Below are positions 59,640-64,000 of a DNA stretch of 64,000 nt, piece by piece (position 1 is the stretch's first letter; each line of letters opens with the position of its first letter). The notes beneath the pieces are model-generated. The model worked only from the letters and a program-made list of their open reading frames with translations. It ran no database searches and had not been told where the DNA came from. Origin of the DNA: Pontiella sp. (GTDB lineage Bacteria > Verrucomicrobiota > Kiritimatiellia > Kiritimatiellales > Pontiellaceae); contig JBNKHE010000001.1 of the NCBI GenBank assembly GCA_050290185.1, positions 482,713 through 546,712 on the forward strand. The letters run 5' to 3'. A program made the translations under genes and the position numbers.

Positions 59640-61325
59640 GTGCTGGCGGTGGAGTGGCATACGGTTCAGGATATCATTTTCAAGGTTCTCGGTGGGTTGG
59701 GTATTTTTCTTCTGGGCATGAAGCACATGTCCGAAGGGATGCAGGCCGTGGCAGGCCACCGCCTGCGGAAAATGATCAGCGCGGTAACGGACAACCGCAT
59801 CATGGCCTGCACCATCGGCACGCTGATAACCGGCATCGTCCAATCCAGCTCGGTCACGACCGTCATGGTCGTCGGATTTGTCAACAGCGGCTTCATGACC
59901 CTCATGCAGGCGATCGGCGTCATTCTCGGCGCCAACATCGGCACCACGGTCACTGCCTGGATTATTGCACTCAAGATCAGTAAGTTCGGCCTTCCCATTC
60001 TGGGTCTCGCCGCCTTCTTTTTTCTCTTTTCCAAGAAGGAACGCGTGCGCTATACGGCCATGGCCCTGCTCGGCGTCGGCATGGTGTTTTTTGGACTCCA
60101 GACCATGGGAAGCGCGTTCAAGACGCCGGAAGTCAACGACTATCTCAGAACCGTCTTCGCGGTCATGGATGCCGGCACCTACTGGGGTGTTCTAAAATGC
60201 GCATTTTTCGGCATGCTGGCCACCATGATTGTCCAATCCTCCTCGGCGACCATCGGGATCACGATCGTCCTGGCGCAGGGAGGAATCATTGGTTTCGGCA
60301 CAGCAGCGGCGCTGGTGCTCGGCCTCAACATTGGCACGACCATTACCGCCTTTCTCGCCTCGATCGGCACCTCTACCAATGCCAAACGCGCGGCCTATGC
60401 CCATATCATTTTCAACGTGATCGGCACCCTCTGGCTGATTCCCTTCTTCTTCGCCTACGTCAAGGGCATCGAAGCCATCTTTGTCCTGTTGCAGGATTTC
60501 TTTGCCAAAACCCAAGGGGATTGGGACGACATCACTGCCAAAATCGCCATGGTCCATACCGGCTTCAACCTGATCAACACCATCATCTTCCTACCCTTGA
60601 TGAAGCCGCTGGCAAACCTGGTTGAAAAACTGGTTCCCGAAAAGAAGGTCGAGGAGATCCACCATCTAACCTACTTCGATGTCCGGATGCTCGACACCCC
60701 ATCATTGGCCATCGTCCAGTCGAAGGAACAGGTGCTGTTCATGTGCGAGAGCGTCGAAAAGATGACGGATTGGCTCAAGGAGGTGATGAGCAGCGATGAA
60801 CCACTCGAAGAACTGGAAAACAAGATATTCCACTACGAAGGCATCATGGACAACGTGCAGAAGGAAATCGTGGTATTTCTCAGCGAGATGGTCACCGGGC
60901 AGGTCCCGCACGAAGTCATGGAGGAGGCACGCCGGCAAATGCGCATGGCCGACGAATATGAAAGTCTCTCCGACTACATCGTGAACGTCCTGAAAGGACA
61001 TGTTAAGGTGCGAAGCAACAAGCTGGTGATACACGAAGATGGCCGCAATGAACTCATTGCGTTGCACGAAAAGGTCTCGGACTACATCAAGATGATCAAC
61101 GATGCGGAACGGAATGAAAACATGGACATCCTCGGCAAGGCCCAGACCGATGGTGAAGCCATTACACGACAGATGAAGACATCTCGGCGTCAACATCTCC
61201 AGCGGCTTTCAGAAAGCAAGACCTCACCCCTGAACAGCCTCGTCTTTACCGACATGCTCAACAACTACCGCCGCATGAAGGACCATGCCTTGAACATTGC
61301 CGAAGTGATCGCGGGCGAAAAATAG
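59640..61325 (+). CDS. Na+/phosphate cotransporter family protein with PhoU-like domain (copy 2)
   Basis: Same motifs as copy 1 (VQSSSVTTVMVVGFVNSG, GANIGTT, DHALNIAEVIAGEK); GTG start. Confidence 0.92.
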   Translation: MLAVEWHTVQDIIFKVLGGLGIFLLGMKHMSEGMQAVAGHRLRKMISAVTDNRIMACTIGTLITGIVQSSSVTTVMVVGFVNSGFMTLMQAIGVILGANIGTTVTAWIIALKISKFGLPILGLAAFFFLFSKKERVRYTAMALLGVGMVFFGLQTMGSAFKTPEVNDYLRTVFAVMDAGTYWGVLKCAFFGMLATMIVQSSSATIGITIVLAQGGIIGFGTAAALVLGLNIGTTITAFLASIGTSTNAKRAAYAHIIFNVIGTLWLIPFFFAYVKGIEAIFVLLQDFFAKTQGDWDDITAKIAMVHTGFNLINTIIFLPLMKPLANLVEKLVPEKKVEEIHHLTYFDVRMLDTPSLAIVQSKEQVLFMCESVEKMTDWLKEVMSSDEPLEELENKIFHYEGIMDNVQKEIVVFLSEMVTGQVPHEVMEEARRQMRMADEYESLSDYIVNVLKGHVKVRSNKLVIHEDGRNELIALHEKVSDYIKMINDAERNENMDILGKAQTDGEAITRQMKTSRRQHLQRLSESKTSPLNSLVFTDMLNNYRRMKDHALNIAEVIAGEK

Positions 61326-61422
61326 GAGCCACCGCCAACCAACCGGGATATCCACCGCGGATGCGCTGGGTCTTTCTTTGTGCAAATCCAAGCCAAATCC
61401 TGCACTCATCCATTACTAATAT

Positions 61423-61449
61423 TTAACCCCACCCTCATACTTTCCTAAC
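61423..61449 (+). promoter_or_regulatory. Candidate Pho box upstream of the porin gene
   Basis: TTAAC 61423, CTCAT 61434, CTAAC 61445 (11-bp period). Confidence 0.5.
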
Positions 61450-61626
61450 ACATATTCCCCAAACATTTTCCCATGTTTTGGAAGAGAAGCCCGCGCATTG
61501 AAAACCCCATGGAAATCATTGGACAGTAACGTGCGTGTATTCTTAAGTTCTTCCGATATGCAGTCGGGTGTTTCCCGGGAACAGGAGACATCGTTAGCTA
61601 ACAAACCCCAAATGGAGGATGAATAG

Positions 61627-62778
61627 ATGAACAGCAAACTCATAAACGGTATCGTACTCGGTCTCGCTATGACTTCGACCGCGGCATTTGCCGCTGAAGC
61701 AGTGACCACCAGCACATCCACAGCTTCAACCATATCCAAAGAAGAAGTCGAACAACTGCCCGCAGTTGACAGAAACGATATTCTTGCTCGCCTCTCAGCG
61801 CTGGAAGCCCATTCCAAGAAATCCGAGTGGACGCAGAATGTCAAGATCAAGGCCGACCTGCGCTACCGCTATGAAAACATCAGCGTAGATGGAGACACCG
61901 CCGAAAACCGTCAGCGTATTCGCGTCCGGCTCGGCGCCTATGCCGACGTGAACGACTTCACCACAGCTGGCATCCGTATTCGCACCGGCGGCGGCGCCAA
62001 CTCGGGAAACCAGACTATCGGCGATAGCTTCGACAACAAGAACGTATATTTCGATCTGGCCTACATGACGATGCTGCTCAACGGCGGAGACTGCGGAGCC
62101 GTGACCCTCGGAAAAATGAAGTATCCGTGGAAGACGACGACCGACCTCATATGGGACAGTGACGTCAACCCCGAAGGCTTGGCCTATACCTACTCCACCC
62201 AACTAGACAACACCGGCCTCTTCGGTAGCGTTGGCGGATTCAAGGTGGTTGAAACCGGAGGCGCACACGACCTGAACCTCCTCAGCGCACAGATTGGCGG
62301 TACCCGGCCGCTGAACGACGACCTCAAGCTTACCGCGGGCGGATCGCTCTTTTACTACGGAAATGCCGATGATTTTGCCCCTGGAATCATTGATTACAAG
62401 ATTATCGAACTTTTCTCCGAAATTTCCTTCAAGGATGTGCTTCCGGTTCCGTTCAAGGTGTATGGCGATTACGTCAACAACGTGTTTGAAAGCGACGACA
62501 ATAACGGCATCTGCGTAGGGGTGAAATTCGGCGACACCAAGAAGGGCAAATGGGAAACCAAGCTCGGCTACCGTCGTTTGGAAGCCAATGCGGCTCCGGC
62601 CGATTTTGCTGATTCCGACTATGCCGGCGGCGGAACCGACGTAAAAGGATTCCGCGTGAAGGCGGCCTATAACATCGCCAAGCACCTGCAAGTGGGCGTC
62701 ACGGGAATTTCGGGCAAGGAAATCAGCACCGATACAGATGTAGACACCCTGCATCTCGACCTCATTGCCAAGTTCTGA
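61627..62778 (+). CDS. Putative outer-membrane porin, probably for phosphate or anions
   Basis: Signal peptide, short coiled coil, ADLRYRYE, RQRIRVRL, LIWDSDVNPEG, DSDYAGGGTD, terminal F; sits directly before pstS. Confidence 0.8.
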   Translation: MNSKLINGIVLGLAMTSTAAFAAEAVTTSTSTASTISKEEVEQLPAVDRNDILARLSALEAHSKKSEWTQNVKIKADLRYRYENISVDGDTAENRQRIRVRLGAYADVNDFTTAGIRIRTGGGANSGNQTIGDSFDNKNVYFDLAYMTMLLNGGDCGAVTLGKMKYPWKTTTDLIWDSDVNPEGLAYTYSTQLDNTGLFGSVGGFKVVETGGAHDLNLLSAQIGGTRPLNDDLKLTAGGSLFYYGNADDFAPGIIDYKIIELFSEISFKDVLPVPFKVYGDYVNNVFESDDNNGICVGVKFGDTKKGKWETKLGYRRLEANAAPADFADSDYAGGGTDVKGFRVKAAYNIAKHLQVGVTGISGKEISTDTDVDTLHLDLIAKF

Positions 62779-62798
62779 TCAACCTATGCAACGGCTTG

Positions 62799-62829
62799 AA
62801 AAAAGGCACCCTTCCGGGTGCCTTTTTTT
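62799..62829 (+). terminator. Rho-independent terminator after the porin gene
   Basis: AAAAAAGGCACCC-TTCC-GGGTGCCTTTTTTT. Confidence 0.9.
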
Positions 62830-62847
62830 ATTCTCCCGGCCCGTTTT

Positions 62848-62929
62848 CTAACCGCTTCCTAATAATTCAAACACAATCAGCTAACGGTTATGTTTCAGAT
62901 TCATTAGCGATTTAAGAAACCACTGTTAG
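62848..62929 (+). promoter_or_regulatory. Candidate Pho box array upstream of pstS
   Basis: CTAAC 62848, CTAAT 62859, CTAAC 62881 (multiples of 11), inverted ATTAG 62903 and GTTAG 62925 (22 apart). Confidence 0.65.
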
Positions 62930-62957
62930 CAAACCACACAACCAAGGAGAACACATT

Positions 62958-63773
62958 ATGAAGAAGATCATTGCCATTGCAGCAGTAGCTGCCGCCGTAG
63001 GAACTGCCTCGGCCCAACAGGAAATTGTCATTGACGGCTCGACCACCGTGGGCCCGATCGCCAAGGCCTTTGCCGAATACTTCAAAGCGGCCCATCCGGA
63101 AGTAAATGTAACCGTGTCCGAATCCGGTAGCGGCAATGGTGCCAAGAGCATCATGAACGGCACCTGCGACATCGCCGACATGTCCCGCCCCATGAAAGAA
63201 GGCGAATTCAAGGCCTGCGCCGAAAAGGGTATCACGCCGGTTGCCCACGTCGTCGCCCTCGACGGACTGCCGGTTCTGGTCCACCCCTCCAACCCCGTAC
63301 AGGATCTGACCGTCGAACAGGTACGCAAGATCTACATGGGTGAAATTACCAACTGGAAGGAAGTTGGCGGGCCCGACCTGGCGATCGTGGCAGTCTCGCG
63401 CGACACCAACAGTGGAACGTTCGAAACTTTTGAACATATGGTCATGAACTCGAAAAAGATGGCCAATACCGTCGAAACCGTAGGCTCCAACGGCGCAATC
63501 CGCCAGAAGATACAAAGCACTCCGGCGGCCATTGGCTACGCTGGACTCGGCTTTGTCGACAAGACCGTAAAGGCCCTGAAGGTCAACGGCATTTATCCCT
63601 CCGCCGAAACCGTACAGTCTGGCGAATATCCGATCGCCCGCCCGTTGTTCATGTACACGAACGGTTATCCTAAGCTGGGAACCCCCCTCTACCAGTTCAT
63701 AACCATCTATCTTTCTGAAGATGGCCAGGAAATGGTCGAGGAAATCGGTTTCGTCCCGGTTACCGCATACTAA
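62958..63773 (+). CDS. pstS: Phosphate ABC transporter substrate-binding protein
   Basis: Signal peptide, DGSTTVGP, SGSGNG, DIADMSR, SRDTNSGTFETF, YPIARPLFMYT. Confidence 0.95.
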   Translation: MKKIIAIAAVAAAVGTASAQQEIVIDGSTTVGPIAKAFAEYFKAAHPEVNVTVSESGSGNGAKSIMNGTCDIADMSRPMKEGEFKACAEKGITPVAHVVALDGLPVLVHPSNPVQDLTVEQVRKIYMGEITNWKEVGGPDLAIVAVSRDTNSGTFETFEHMVMNSKKMANTVETVGSNGAIRQKIQSTPAAIGYAGLGFVDKTVKALKVNGIYPSAETVQSGEYPIARPLFMYTNGYPKLGTPLYQFITIYLSEDGQEMVEEIGFVPVTAY

Positions 63774-63792
63774 CCGTATGCGACGATTGACG

Positions 63793-63825
63793 ATAAAGGC
63801 GCGACCCCCGTGGTCGCGCCTTTAT
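63793..63825 (+). terminator. Hairpin after pstS (terminator or mRNA stabiliser)
   Basis: ATAAAGGCGCGACC-CCCGT-GGTCGCGCCTTTAT inverted repeat. Confidence 0.75.
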
Positions 63826-63880
63826 GGTTTGCAGCTCCGTCTTCAGACGGCCGGGGAATAGCCACTAAAAGACGAAACAA

Positions 63881-63918
63881 CGAACCCTTTCTTAACCTCG
63901 TGCTAATCCTATCCTAAC
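63881..63918 (+). promoter_or_regulatory. Candidate Pho box between pstS and the next gene
   Basis: CGAAC 63881, TTAAC 63892, CTAAT 63903, CTAAC 63914 (11-bp period). Confidence 0.6.
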
Positions 63919-63964
63919 AATTACAACTCACTATCCAGCCCGTCTTTAAGAGGTTTTTGTGCCT

Positions 63965-64000
63965 ATGAATGGAAAATCCAGCAGCAGTCTGATCATGAGT
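63965..64000 (+). CDS. Start of the next gene, possibly the Pst permease; truncated by window edge
   Basis: ATG at 63965 after AAGAGG; only MNGKSSSSLIMS is visible, so identity is inferred from position after pstS. Confidence 0.4.
   Translation, partial: MNGKSSSSLIMS

Noticed and set aside
1..64000. CRISPR arrays, rRNA/tRNA genes, transposases, prophage or defence genes
   Set aside because: No repeat-spacer array or hallmark sequence recognised; nearly all of the window is accounted for by the listed genes

Overview
The window has two halves. 1-25 kb is conserved core genome, all on the minus strand: pgsA, an HTH protein, ftsK, orn, ackA-pta and the fused str-S10-spc-alpha ribosomal superoperon (rpsL to rplQ). 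That superoperon lacks tuf, rpsN, rpmD and rpsD at their usual positions and has a divergent EF-G, a divergent IF-1, a short L24 and an N-terminally extended S11. 25-64 kb is an accessory region dominated by phosphate-starvation functions: phoBR, two tandem Na+/Pi cotransporters, a putative porin, pstS, and an ~14 kb operon (secreted beta-helix-like protein, lipoprotein, TonB-dependent receptor, DUF3450/ExbB/ExbB/ExbD/TonB/TPR, a second PhoB paralog, an unknown 570 aa protein). It also holds a PHP-glycosyltransferase fusion, an arnT-BCAD Ara4N operon, a lone HMG-CoA reductase, cmoA, metA and a minimal NAD+-dependent DNA ligase with a signal-peptide-like N-terminus. Reading the intergenic DNA shows arrays of a (C/T)TAAC-like pentamer at 11-bp spacing in front of eight of these units, a candidate non-canonical Pho box that ties the TonB system and the PHP-GT fusion to the Pho regulon. 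Gene order and protein style suggest a PVC-superphylum bacterium (Kiritimatiellota/Verrucomicrobiota-like); that is inference only. No rRNA, tRNA, CRISPR array or transposase was recognised. All family calls come from motif recognition by eye, with no database searches.
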